Source: Nemertoderma westbladi (Eukaryota; Animalia; Xenacoelomorpha). Taken from it: a DNA stretch of 64,000 nucleotides. The first letter of the stretch is position 1. Each line of letters begins with the position of its first letter. A program made the position numbers and the translations under genes. This document shows positions 27,901-40,300 of the stretch, one piece after another. The DNA lies in NCBI GenBank assembly GCA_032718475.1, contig JAUCBJ010002220.1:57653-121652 (forward strand). The letters run 5' to 3'. The notes below the pieces were generated by a model, which worked only from the letters and a program-made list of their open reading frames with translations, ran no database searches and was not told the DNA's origin.

Positions 27901-30793
27901 ACTCTGAGAGCCTCAAAAATGGGGTGTTCCGACGCAATCAAATTTCATCCATCTCCAGGGGAAAGACGAAGCAAAGAACAGCTGATTACTTCTATAAATG
28001 AAAGTGTTACCTGCTCTTTTGACTTTCATTTAAGATTCGCTATCTCATGGAGTGGGTTAGAAGTTATAAATATAAAAATTGATGTGGTTTTTCAAAAAAA
28101 TCAAAGGATATTTTGATTAATTATTGCTGATAAACACTAAGGATTTTGACAGGGCTTTAAACTTCATTATGTTCATGAAATAGCTGAGATACTTGAGGTG
28201 AATTGTTGCATTATATATTAACTTCAGCTCCAGTCTCTTTGGCAATACGATGAAACTATAATAAATATTCTAGAACACAACAATATTAACAGGGAGATAG
28301 GATACTTATCTCTTCACTCTGAGAGCCTCAAAAAGGGTGTTTTCCGACGCAATCAAAATTCATCCATCTACAGGGGAAAAACGAAGCAAAGAACAGTTGA
28401 TTTCTTCTATAAATGTAAGTGTTACCTGCTCCTTTGACTTTCATTTAAGATTATTTATCTTTTGGAGTTGGTTAGAAGTCATGAATATGAAGAACGATGT
28501 CGTTTTATGTAAAAAATCTCAGGATATTTTGATAAATTATTGCTGAAAAACCCCAAGCATTTTGACATGGCTTTAATACTTCATTATATTCATGAAATAG
28601 CTGAGATATTTGAGGTGAATTATTGTATCACATATTAACTTCGGCTCCAGGCGCTTTGGCAATACGATGAAACTATAATATATATTCTAGAACACAACAA
28701 TATTAACAGGGAGATAGGCTAATTATCTCTTCACTCTGAGAGCCTCAAAAAGGGGGTGTTCCGACTTAATCAAAATTCATCCATCTCCAGGGGAAAGACG
28801 AAGCAAAGAACAGCTGATTACTTCTATAAATGTAAGTGTTACCTGCTCTTTTGACTTTCATTTATTAAGATCATCTATCTCTTGGAGTGGGTTAGAAGTC
28901 ATAAATATGAAAATCGATGTCGTTTTTGAAAAAAATCAGAGGATATTTTGATAAATTATTGATGAAAACCCCCAAGGATTTTGACATGGCTTTAATACTC
29001 ATTATATTCATGAAATAGCTGAGAAATTTGAGGTGAATTATTGTATCACATATTAATTTCGGCTCCAGCCGCTTTGGCAATACGATGAAACTATAATAAA
29101 TAATTCTATAACAGAACAATATTAACAGGGAAATAGGCTACTTATCTCTTCATTCTTAGAGCCTCAAAAAGGGGGTGTTCCGACGCAATCAAAATTCATC
29201 CATCTCCAGGGGAAAGACGAAGCAAAGAATAGCTGATTACTTCTATAAATGTAAGTGTTACCTGTTCTTTTGACTTTCGTTTAAGATTGTCTATCTCTTG
29301 GAGTGGGTTAGAAGTCATGAATATGAAAATCGATGTCGTTTTTAGTAAAAAATCAGAGAAGATTTTAATATATAATTGCTGAAAAACACCATGTATTTTG
29401 ACAAGGATTTAATACTCATTATATTCATGAAATAGCAGAGATATTTGAGGTGAATTATTGCATTACATATTATCTTTGGCTCCAGCCGCTTTGGCAATAC
29501 GATTAAACTATAATAAATATTCTAGAACACAACAAAATTAACAGGGAGATAGGCTACTCATCTCTTCACTCTGACAGCCTCAAAAAGGGGGTGTTCCGAC
29601 GCAATCAAAATTCATCAATCTCCAGGGGATTGATGAAGCATAGAACAGCTGATTACTTCTATAAATGTAAGTGTTACCTGTTCTTTTGACTTTCATTTAA
29701 GATTCGCTATCTCGTGGAGTGTATTAGAAGTTATAAATATGAAAATCGATGTGGTTTTTGAAAAAAATCAGAGGATATTTTGATAAATTATTGCTGAAAA
29801 ACCCCAAGCATTTTGACATGGCTTTAATACTTCATTATATTTATGAAATAGCTGAGATATTTGAGGTGAATTATTGTATCACATATTAACTTCGGCTCCA
29901 GGCGCTTTGGCAATACGATGAAACTATAATATATATTCTAGAACACAACAATATTAACAGGGAGATAGGCTAATTATCTCTTCACTCTGAGAGCCTCAAA
30001 AAGGGGGTGTTCCGACGCAATCAAAATTCATCCATCTCCAGGGGAAAGACGAAGCAAATAACAGCTGATTACTTCTATAAATGTAAGTGTTACCAGTTCT
30101 TTTGACTTTCATTTAAGATTCTTTATCTTGTGGAGTGGGTTAGAAGTCATGAATAAGAAAATCGATTTCGTTTTTTGTAAAAAATCTGAGGATATTTTGA
30201 TAAATTATTGCTGAAAAACCCCAAGGATTTTGACATGGCTTTGATACTTCATTATTTTTCATGTAAATCTGAGATATTTGAGGTGAATTATTGCATTACA
30301 TAATAACTTTAACTGCAGCCACATTAGCAATACGATGAAACTATAATAAATATTCTAGAACACAACAATATTAACAGGGAGATAGGCTACTTATCTCTCC
30401 ACTCTGAGAGCCTGAAAAAAGGGGGTGTTCCGACGCTATCAAAATTAATCCATCTCCTGGGGAAAGACGAAGCAAAGAACAGTTGATTACTTCTATAAAT
30501 GAAAGTGTTACCTGCTCCTTTGACTTTCATTTAAGATTCTTTATCTTTTGGAGTGGGTTAGAAGTCATGAATATGAAAAACGATATCGTTTTTTGTAAAA
30601 AATCTGAGGATATTTTGATAAATTATTGGTGAAAAACCCCAAGGATTTTGACATGGCTTTAATACTTCATTATGTTCATGAAAAAACTGAGATATTTGAG
30701 GTGAATTATTGCATTACATAATAACTTTAACTCCAGCCACTTTAGCAATACGATGAAACTATAATAAATATTCTAGAACACAACAATATTAAC

Positions 30794-32683
30794 ATGGAGA
30801 TAGGCTATTTATTTCTCCACGATCCCGCCGAGTCCGTCCCACTGTTGACTCCACCCGCTGTCCCTCTGACGACTCAACCCACTGAGTCCGACCCAATGCT
30901 GACTCAACCAGCTGACGCGCCATCGACTCAACCCACTGACCCGCCGTCGACTCTACCAGCCGATCCGTTGACGACTCAACCCGCCGACTTGCCGTTGACT
31001 CTACCATCCGACTCACCATCGACTGCAACCGCAGACCCGCCTTTGCCTCCACCCGGCACCTTGCCGTCGACTCCACCCACTGATCCACCATTGACTCAAC
31101 CCGTGGACCCGCCGTTGATTGAACCTGGCAGCCCAACTGTCTCACAGAAGCAGTGTTGGTATGCCGATGATGCCTCCTCGGCAGGTTCACTCGAGGGGGT
31201 GATGGCTTGGTGGGAGGAGCTGCTTCGTGTCGGACCCCGAATCGGTTATAACCCGGAGCCCACCAAGTCCTACTTGGTGGTCAAACCCGAGGTTGCGGAG
31301 CGAGCACGGCAGATGTTTGGGGCCTCGGGGGTCCAGATTGTTCCCGGGCACCGATTCCTGGGGGGTTATGTGGGCGACTCACTGGGTTTGCGCGAGTTTA
31401 TCGCCGAGAAGGTCTCTGGGTGGGTTTGGAGTATTGGTCGTCTCGCCGAGGTGGCCGAGGAGTTCCCCCAGACCGCCCACACTGGGTTGACCCGCTGTGT
31501 TCAGGCAGAGTGGGATTACCTGTTGCGGGTGGTGGACACAGAGGTGGAGGATGTGGCGCCCATCCGTTCGGCACTGTTGCGCCAGTTTATCCCGGCTCTG
31601 TTTGGTTTGCCTGGGTCTGTCGACGAGGAGTTGCTCCTCCTCCCAGTTCGACATGGCGGCATTGGGATCCGTGATCCGACGGTGCGCCGTGGCCCCGCCC
31701 GTGAGGCGTCTCTCGCTGGAACGGTCAGGGTGGTTGACGCCATGACTACGGGTCGCCCCCTCCATGTCGCGGACCACACAGCCTGTCTCGCCTCCGCCCT
31801 CGCCGAGAGCCGGATCACTCAGGATGCGGCCTACAAGGTGATACAGGTGAACGCACTCCAAGCCATTCCCTCGGAACGACGACGCACCGTCGAACGTACG
31901 ATGTCCCATAAGACTGGGGGATGGCTGACGGCGCAGCCCTCTGTGGTCGACCACACTGACCTCGACCCAGAGGTGTTCCGGGACAACCTCGCCTTGAGGT
32001 ATGGACGGACGCCGCCGGGCCTCCCGGCAAAATGCGAGGGGTGTGGGGAGTCGTTCTCGACGTCCCACGCCCTTAATTGCAAGTCGGGGGGCCTGATCAT
32101 AAAGCGGCACAACGAGGTGAGGGAGGTGTTCGGGGACCTCATTGCGTCCGCGTTCGGGGGCTCATGCGTCCAGCGGGAGGTTACGTTGGCGTCCGGCTAC
32201 CTGGACAGACAGGGCCGCGAGGTGGGTGGAGTTAGGGCGGATCTCCTGGCGAGGGGAGTCTGGGCCGAACAGAGGGTGGCGTCTTTCGACATTGCGATTG
32301 TTAACGCCGACGCCCCCTCATACGTTAATCGGTCCCTGGACTCCGTACTCGAGCAGCGAGTTCGTTCCAAGATGGTCCACTACAGCGGGGTGTGCGAAGA
32401 TCGTCGGATCTCCTTCACCCCCCTAGTCGGAACCACCGACGGGGTGTGGTGCAAGGAGGCCGATATTCTGATCCGCCACCTCGCTGAGACCCTCGTGGCC
32501 CGGCAGCGGGGGATGCGCGAGCGAGGCCTAGCTTGTGTGTTAGGGGGAGTTCGGAGGCGCTTACAGTTCGCGCTTCTGCGCTCGAGCTCCCTGTGCCTGC
32601 GTGGTGGTAGGCGGCCATGGAGGCCGCTCGGATTTGGGGACGGTGCCGGTCTGCGGGGGTCTGACCTTCCTGATCGGTACTGA
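30794..32683 (+). CDS. Truncated RT / zinc knuckle / RLE endonuclease ORF, copy 2
   Basis: 629 aa, differing from copy 1 by one residue (RADL versus RADH). Confidence 0.82.
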   Translation: MEIGYLFLHDPAESVPLLTPPAVPLTTQPTESDPMLTQPADAPSTQPTDPPSTLPADPLTTQPADLPLTLPSDSPSTATADPPLPPPGTLPSTPPTDPPLTQPVDPPLIEPGSPTVSQKQCWYADDASSAGSLEGVMAWWEELLRVGPRIGYNPEPTKSYLVVKPEVAERARQMFGASGVQIVPGHRFLGGYVGDSLGLREFIAEKVSGWVWSIGRLAEVAEEFPQTAHTGLTRCVQAEWDYLLRVVDTEVEDVAPIRSALLRQFIPALFGLPGSVDEELLLLPVRHGGIGIRDPTVRRGPAREASLAGTVRVVDAMTTGRPLHVADHTACLASALAESRITQDAAYKVIQVNALQAIPSERRRTVERTMSHKTGGWLTAQPSVVDHTDLDPEVFRDNLALRYGRTPPGLPAKCEGCGESFSTSHALNCKSGGLIIKRHNEVREVFGDLIASAFGGSCVQREVTLASGYLDRQGREVGGVRADLLARGVWAEQRVASFDIAIVNADAPSYVNRSLDSVLEQRVRSKMVHYSGVCEDRRISFTPLVGTTDGVWCKEADILIRHLAETLVARQRGMRERGLACVLGGVRRRLQFALLRSSSLCLRGGRRPWRPLGFGDGAGLRGSDLPDRY

Positions 32684-32831
32684 TCCCTTGCCTCTGAGCT
32701 CCAACATATCCTTCCAGTGCTTTGGTGGTAGGCCCGATGATATTTGTGTGGTGGCGGAATTAATTTTGTTATTTTTGGTGCACATCTTTTTAATTTATGA
32801 TTTTGTTTTAATAAAATACTCCTTCTTGCCG
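30821..32831 (+). mobile_element. 5'-truncated CRE-like non-LTR retrotransposon, copy 2
   Basis: Same TSD (30807-30820, 32832-32845) and same ends as copy 1. I see two substitutions (24187A/32053G, 24378A/32244T). Confidence 0.88.
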
Positions 32832-35800
32832 ATTTATTTCTCCACTCAGACAGCCACAGATAGGGAGGGGTGTTTTGACACAATCAAAATTCAACCATCT
32901 CCAGGGGAAAGACGAAGCAAATAACAGCTGATTACTTCTATAAAGGAAAGTGTTACCTGTTCTTTTGACTTTCATTTAAGATTCTCTATCTCGTGGAGTG
33001 GGTTAGAAGTCATGAATATGAAGAACGATGTCGTTTTTTGTAAAAAATCCCAGGATATTTTGATAAATTATTGCTGAAAAACCCCAAGGATTTTGACATG
33101 GCTTTAATACTTCATTATGTTAATGAAATAGCTGATAAATTTGAGGTGAGTTGTTGTATTACATATTAACTTCGGCTCCAGCCGCTTTGGCAATACGATG
33201 AAACTATAATAAATATTCTAGAACACAACAATATTAACAGGGAGATAGGCTACTTATCTCTTCACTCTGACAGCCTCAAAAAGGGGGTGTTCCGACGCAA
33301 TCAAAATTCATCAATCTCCAGGGGAATGATGAAGCAAAGAACAGCTGATTACTTCTATAAATGTAAGTGTTACCTGTTCTTTTGACTTTCATTTAAGATT
33401 CGCTATCTCGTGGAGTGGATTAGAAGTTATAAATATGAAAATCGATGTGGTTTTTGAAAAAAATCAGAGGATATTTTGATAAATTATTGCTGAAAAACCC
33501 CAAGCATTTTGACATGGCTTTAATACTTCATTATATTCATGAAATAGCTGAGATATTTGAGGTGAATTATTGTATCACATATTAACTTCGGCTCCAGGCG
33601 CTTTGGCAATACGATGAAACTATAATATATATTCTAGAACACAACAATATTAACAGGGAGATAGGCTAATTATCTCTTCACTCTGAGAGCCTCAAAAAGG
33701 GGGTGTTCCGACCCAATCAAAATTCATCCATCTCCAGGGGAAAGACGAAGCAAATAACAGCTGATTACTTCTATAAATGTAAGTGTTACCAGTTCTTTTG
33801 ACTTTCATTTAAGATTCTTTATCTTGTGGAGTGGGTTAGAAGTCATGAATAAGAAAATCGATTTCGTTTTTTGTAAAAAATCTGAGGATATTTTGATAAA
33901 TTATTGCTGAAAAACCCCAAGGATTTTGACATGGCTTTGATACTTCATTATTTTTCATGAAAATCTGAGATATTTGAGGTAAATTATTGCATTACATAAT
34001 AACTTTAACTGCAGCCACATTAGCAATACGATGAAACTATAATAAATATTCTAGAACACAACAATATTAACAGGGAGATAGGCTACTTATCTCTCCACTC
34101 TGAGAGCCTGAAAAAAGGGGGTGTTCCGACGCTATCAAAATTAATCCATCTCCTGGGGAAAGACGAAGCAAAGAACAGCTGATTACTTCTATAAATGAAA
34201 GTGTTACCTGCTCCTTTGACTTTCATTTAAGATTCTTTATCTTTTGGAGTGGGTTAGAAGTCATGAATATGAAAAACGATATCGTTTTTTGTAAAAAATC
34301 TGAGGATATTTTGATAAATTATTGGTGAAAAACCCCAAGGATTTTGACATGGCTTTAATACTTCATTATGTTCATGAAAAAACTGAGATATTTGAGGTGA
34401 ATTATTGCATTACATAATAACTTTAACTCCAGCCACTTTAGCAATACGATGAAACTATAATAAATATTCTAGAACACAACAATATTAACATGGAGATAGG
34501 CTATTTATCTCTCCACTCAGACAGCCACAGATAGGGAGGGGTGTTTTGACACAATCAAAATTCAACCATCTCCAGGGGAAAGACGAAGCAAATAACAGCT
34601 GATTACTTCTATAAAGGAAAGTGTTACCTGTTCTTATGACTTTCGTTTAAGATTCTCTATCTCATGGAGTGGATTAGAAGTGATAAATATGAAAATCGAT
34701 GTGGTTTTTGAAAAAAATCAGAGGATATTTTGATAAATTATTGCTGAAAAACCCCAAGGATTTTGACATGGCTTTATACTCATTATATTCATGAAATAGC
34801 TGAGATATTTGAGGTGAATTATTGCGTTACATATTAACTTTGGCTCCAGCCGCTTTGGCAATACGATGAAACTATACTAAATATTCTAGAACACAACAAT
34901 ATTAACATGGAGATAGGCTATTTATCTCTGCACTCAGACAGCCACAGATAGGAAGGGGTGTTTTGACACAATCAAAATTCAACCATCTCCAGGGGAAAGA
35001 CGAAGCAAATAACAGCTGATTTCTTCTATAAATGAAAGTGTTACCTGCTCTTTTGACTTTCATTTAAGATTCGCTATCTCATGGAGTGGGTTAGAAGTTA
35101 TAAATATAAAAATTGATGTGGTTTTTGAAAAAAATCAAAGGATATTTTGATAAATTATTGCTGAAAAACCCCAAGGATTTTGACAGGGCTTTAATACTTC
35201 AATATGTTCATGAAATAGCTGAGATATTTGAGGTGAATTATTGCGTTACATATTAACTTTGGCTCCAGCCGCTTTGGCAATACGATGAAACTATACTAAA
35301 TATTCTAGAACACAACAATATTAACATGGAGATAGGCTATTTATCTCTCCACTCAGACAGCCACAGATAGGGATGGGTGTTTTGACACAATCAAAATTCA
35401 ACCATCTCCAGGGGAAAGACGAAGCAAATAACAGCTGATTACTTCTATATAGGAAAGTGTTACCTGTTCTTATGACTTTCGTTTAAGATTCTCTATCTCG
35501 TGGAGTGGATTAGAAGTGATAAATATGAAAATCGATGTGGTTTTTGAAAAAAATCAAAGGATATTTTGATAAATTATTGCTGAAAAACCCCAAGGATTTT
35601 GACAGGGCTTTAATACTCATTATATTCATGAAATAGCTGAGATATTTGAGGTGAATTGTTGCATTATATATTAACTTCAGCTCCAGCCTCTTTGGCAATA
35701 CGATGAAACTATAATAAATATTCTAGACCACAACAATATTAACAGGGAGATAGTCTACTTATCTCTTCATTCTGAGAGCCTCAAAAAGGGGGTGACTTGA

Positions 35801-36208
35801 CTTGACTTATTGTTTTATTTAATAATTGTCGATAAACATACCCTGCACCACTAAATAAACCAAAACAACACCCAAAAAAGGATATAAAAAAGAGACAGTG
35901 GGCAGTCCTACTCAATGGCGGGGCCAGCAAGATAGCACAATTTGCTAGTAGGTGCTGTACCCCTTAAAATATAAAAAATTATATACAATACGTATTATAG
36001 TCATATACACGTATGAATCATAGTTTGATTTTAAAGTAAATGAATAGTATCCCAATGAAAATGGAACAAAATATAAAACAAACAACCAAATATCACTTTC
36101 AATTAAAAAATTTGTACACAATTGAGCGATTTAATACCGAATCTCTTTATTCACAAAAAAAACCAATTAAACGTAATTTGTTACTTGACACCGCACACAG
36201 ATAGTAAC

Positions 36209-37162
36209 GGATAAGTCACAGTAGGCCCTATGTAACATGACCCCGTGCCCGGGTAGTGATGGATAAGGATATGTAGCAAATTGATAAAATATAGTATGCC
36301 TTAAGTAACATGACCCCGTGTCCGGGTAGTGATGGATAAGTTACAGTAGGCCCAATGTAACATGTCCCAGTGTCCGGGTAGTGATGAATGAGTTACAAAT
36401 GGATATGGATAAGTTACAGTAGGCCGTATGCAACATGACCCCGTGTCCGGGTAGAGATGGGTGAGTTACAAATGGATATGGATAAGTCACAGTAGGTCTT
36501 ATGTAACATGACCCCGTGTCCGGGTAGTGATGGATAAGTTACAGTAGGCCTTATGTAACATGACCCCGTGTCCGGGTAGTTATGGATGAATTACTAATGG
36601 ATAAGTTACAGTAGGCCGTATGTAACATGACCCCGTGTCCGGGTAGTGATGGATAAGTTACAGTAGGACTTATGTAACATGACCCCGTGTCCGGGTAGTG
36701 ATGGATAAGCCACAGTAGGCCCTATGTAACATTTCCCCGTGTCCGGGTAGAGATGGATGAGTTACAAATGGATAAGTTACAGTAGGCCGTATGTAACATG
36801 ACCCCGTGTCCGGGTAGAGATGGATGAGTTACAAATGGATATGGATAAGTCACAGTAGGCCTTATGTAGCATGACCCCGTGTCCGGGTAGTGATGGATAA
36901 GTTACAGTAGGCCGTATGTAACATGACCCCGTGTCCGGGTAGTTATGGATGAATTACAAATGGATAAGTTACAGTAGGCCGTATGTAACATGACCCCGTG
37001 TCCGGGTAGTGATGGATAAGTTACAGTAGGCCTTATGTAACATGACCCCGTGTCCGGGTAGTGATGGATAAGTTACAGTAGGCCTTATGTAACATTTCCC
37101 CGTGTCCGGGTAGAGATGGAGGAGTTACAAATGGATAAGTTACAGTAGGCCGTATGTAACAT
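36209..37162. repeat. Minisatellite with 52/67/73-bp units, ~15 copies, in the LINE 3' UTR
   Basis: The core GACCCCGTGTCCGGGTAG (or close variants) starts at 36239, 36312, 36364, 36437, 36510, 36562, 36629, 36681, 36733, 36800, 36873, 36925, 36992, 37044 and 37096. Confidence 0.95.
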
Positions 37163-37199
37163 AATATATATTATTAGGAGAAACGTAAAAAATATGTGA

Positions 37200-37385
37200 C
37201 TACGAAGCAGATAGGCCATCTGAATTAAGTAGATGAGATTTTAACTTATTTACAAACAGACGCTTCCCTCGTATATTGCGAAGTTCGTTAGGTAAAGCAT
37301 TCCATGTTACTGGACCCATGTAACTTAAGGACATTTGACCAACGACCAGTTCTCTGCGAGGTATAAAGAATAAATTGTTAGACGC
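37200..37385 (-). pseudogene. C-terminal fragment of LINE ORF2
   Basis: SLSYMGPVTWNALPNELRNIRGKRLFVNKLKSHLL matches the S-x-x-Y-x-G-x-x-x-W-N-x-L-P...F-x-x-x-L-K tail of CR1/L2-group ORF2. The first ~9 codons of the listed ORF are satellite. Confidence 0.8.
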
Positions 37386-40300
37386 GGGTGTTCCGACGCA
37401 ATCAAAATTCATCCATCTCCTGGGGAAAGACGAAGCAAATAACAGCTGATTACTTCTATAAAGGAAAGTGTTACCTGTTCTTATGACTTTCGATTAAGAT
37501 TCTCTATCTCGAGGAGTGGATTAGAAGTGATAAATATGAAAATCGATGTGGTTTTTGAAAAAAATCAGAGGATATTTTGATAAATTATTGCTGAAAAACC
37601 CCAAGGATTTTGACATGGCTTTAATACTCATTATATTCATGAAATAGGTGAGATATTTGAGGTGAATTATTGCATTACATATTAACTTTGGCTCCAGCCG
37701 CTTTGGCAATACGATGAAACTATAATAAATATTCTAGAACACAACAATATTAACAGGGAGATAGGCTACTTATCTCTCCACTCTGAGAGCCTCAAAAAGG
37801 GGGTGTTCCGACGCAATCAAATTTCATCCATCTCCAGGGGAAAGACGAAGCAAAGAATAGCTGATTTCTTCTATAAATGAAAGTGTTACCTGCTCTTTTG
37901 ACTTTCATTTAAGATTCGCTATCTCATGGAGTAGGTTAGAAGTTAAAAATATAAAAATTGATGTGGTTTTTGAAAAAAATCAAAGGATATTTTGATAAAT
38001 TATTGCTGAAAAACCCCAAGGATTTTGACAGGGCTTTAATACTTCATTATGTTCATGAAATAGCTGAGATACTTGAGGTGAATTGTTGCATTATATATTA
38101 ACTTCAGCTCCAGCCTCTTTGGCAATACGATGAAACTATAATAAATATTCTAGAACACAACAATATTAACATGGAGATAGGCTACTTATCTCTTCACTCT
38201 GAGAGCCTCAAAGAGGGGGTGTTCCGACGCAATCAAAATTCATCCATATCCAGGGGAAAGACGAAGCAAATAACAGCTGATTACTTCTATAAATGTAAGT
38301 GTTACCAGTTCTTTTGACTTTCATTTAAGATTCTTTATTTTGTGGAGTGGGTTAGAAGTCATGAATAAGAAAACCGATTTCGTTTTTTGTAAAAAATCTG
38401 AGGATATTTTGATAAATTATTGCTGAAAAACCCCAAGGATTTTGACATGGCTTTAATACTTCATTATGTTCATGAAAAAACTGAGATATTTGAGGTGAAT
38501 TAATGCATTACATAATAACTTTAACTCCAGCCACTTTAGCAATACGATGAAACTATAATAAATATTCTAGAACACAACAATATTAACATGGAGATAGGCT
38601 ATTTATCTCTCCACTCAGACAGCCACAGATAGGGAGGGGTGTTTTGACACAATCAAAATTCAAACATCTCCGGGGGAAGACGAAGCAATTAATAGCTGAT
38701 AACTTCTATAAATGTAAGTGTTACCTGTTCTTTAGACTTTCGTTTAAGATTGTCGATCTCTTGGATTGGGTTAGAAGTCATGAATATGATAATCGATGTC
38801 GTTTTTAGTAAAAAATCAGAGGAGATTTTAATAAATTATTGCTGAAAAACACCAAGGATTTTGACAAGGATTTAATACTCATTATATTCATGAAATAGCA
38901 GAGATATTTGAGGTGAATTATTGCATTACATATTAACTTTGGCTCCAGCCGCTTTGGCAATACGATGAAACTATAATAAATATTCTAGAACACAACAATA
39001 TTAACAGGGAGATAGGCTACTCATCTCTTCACTCTGACAGCCTCAAAAAGAGGGTGTTCCGACGCAATCAAAATTAATCCATCTCCAGGGGAAAGACGAA
39101 GCAAAGAACAGCTGATTACTTCTATAAATGTAAGTGTTACCTGTTCTTTTGACTTTCATTTAAGATTCGCTATCTCATTGAGTGGGTTAGAAGTTATAAA
39201 TATAAAAATCGATGTGGTTTTTGAAAAAAATCAAAGGATATTTTGATTAATTATTGCTGAAAAACACCAAGGATTTTGACATGGCTTTAATACTTCATTA
39301 TGTTCATGAAATAGCTGAGATATTTGAGGTGAATTATTGTATTACATATTAACTTTGGCTCCAGCCGCTTTGGCAATACGATGAAACTTTAATAATATTC
39401 TAGAACACAACAATATTAACATGGAGATAGGCTATTTATCTCTCCACTCAGACAGCCACTGATAGGGAGGGGTGTTTTGACACAATCAAAATTCAACCAT
39501 CTCCAGGGGAAAGATGAAGCAAATAACAGCTGATTCCTTCTATAAAGGAAAGTGTTACCTGTTCTTATGACTTTCGTTTAAGATTCTCTATCTCATGGAG
39601 TGGATTAGAAGTGATAAATATGAAAATCGATGTGGTTTTTGAAAAAAATCAGAGGATATTTTGATAAATTATTGCTGAAAAACCCCAAGGATTTTGACAT
39701 GGCTTTAATACTCATTATATTCATGAAATAGCTGAGATATTTGAGGTGAATTATTGCGTTACATATTAACTTTGGCTCCAGCCGCTTTGGCAATACGATG
39801 AAACTATAATACAAATTCTAGACCACAACAATATTAACAGGGAGATAGGCTACTTATCTCTTCATTCTGAGAGCCTCAAAAAGGGGGTGTTCCGACGCAA
39901 TCAAAATTCATCCATCTCCTGGGGAAAGACGAAGCAAATAACAGCTGATTACTTCTATAAAGGAAAGTGTTACCTGTTCTTATGACTTTCGATTAAGATT
40001 CTCTATCTCGAGGAGTGGATTAGAAGTGATAAATATGAAAATCGATGTGGTTTTTGAAAAAAATCAGAGGATATTTTGATAAATTATTGCTGAAAAACCC
40101 CAAGGATTTTGACATGGCTTTAATACTCATTATATTCATGAAATAGCTGAGATATTTGAGGTGAATTATTGCATTACATATTAACTTCGGCTCCAGCCGC
40201 TTTGGCAATACGATGAAACTATAATAAATATTCTAGAACACAACGATATTAACAGGGAGATAGGCTACTTATCTCTCCACTCTGAGAGCCTTAAAAAGGG

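Larger units (their letters stand above)
35795..37385 (-). mobile_element. 5'-truncated CR1-group (L2/Crack/Daphne-like) LINE
   Basis: 5-bp duplication GGGTG (35790-35794, 37386-37390). The minus-strand 3' end is AATAAA...(AAGTC)3. It keeps the ORF2 C-terminus and a ~1.4-kb 3' UTR. Confidence 0.82.

Noticed and set aside
36209-37162. CRISPR-like look of the palindromic minisatellite
   Set aside because: There are no unique spacers and no cas genes, and the context is a eukaryotic LINE 3' UTR.
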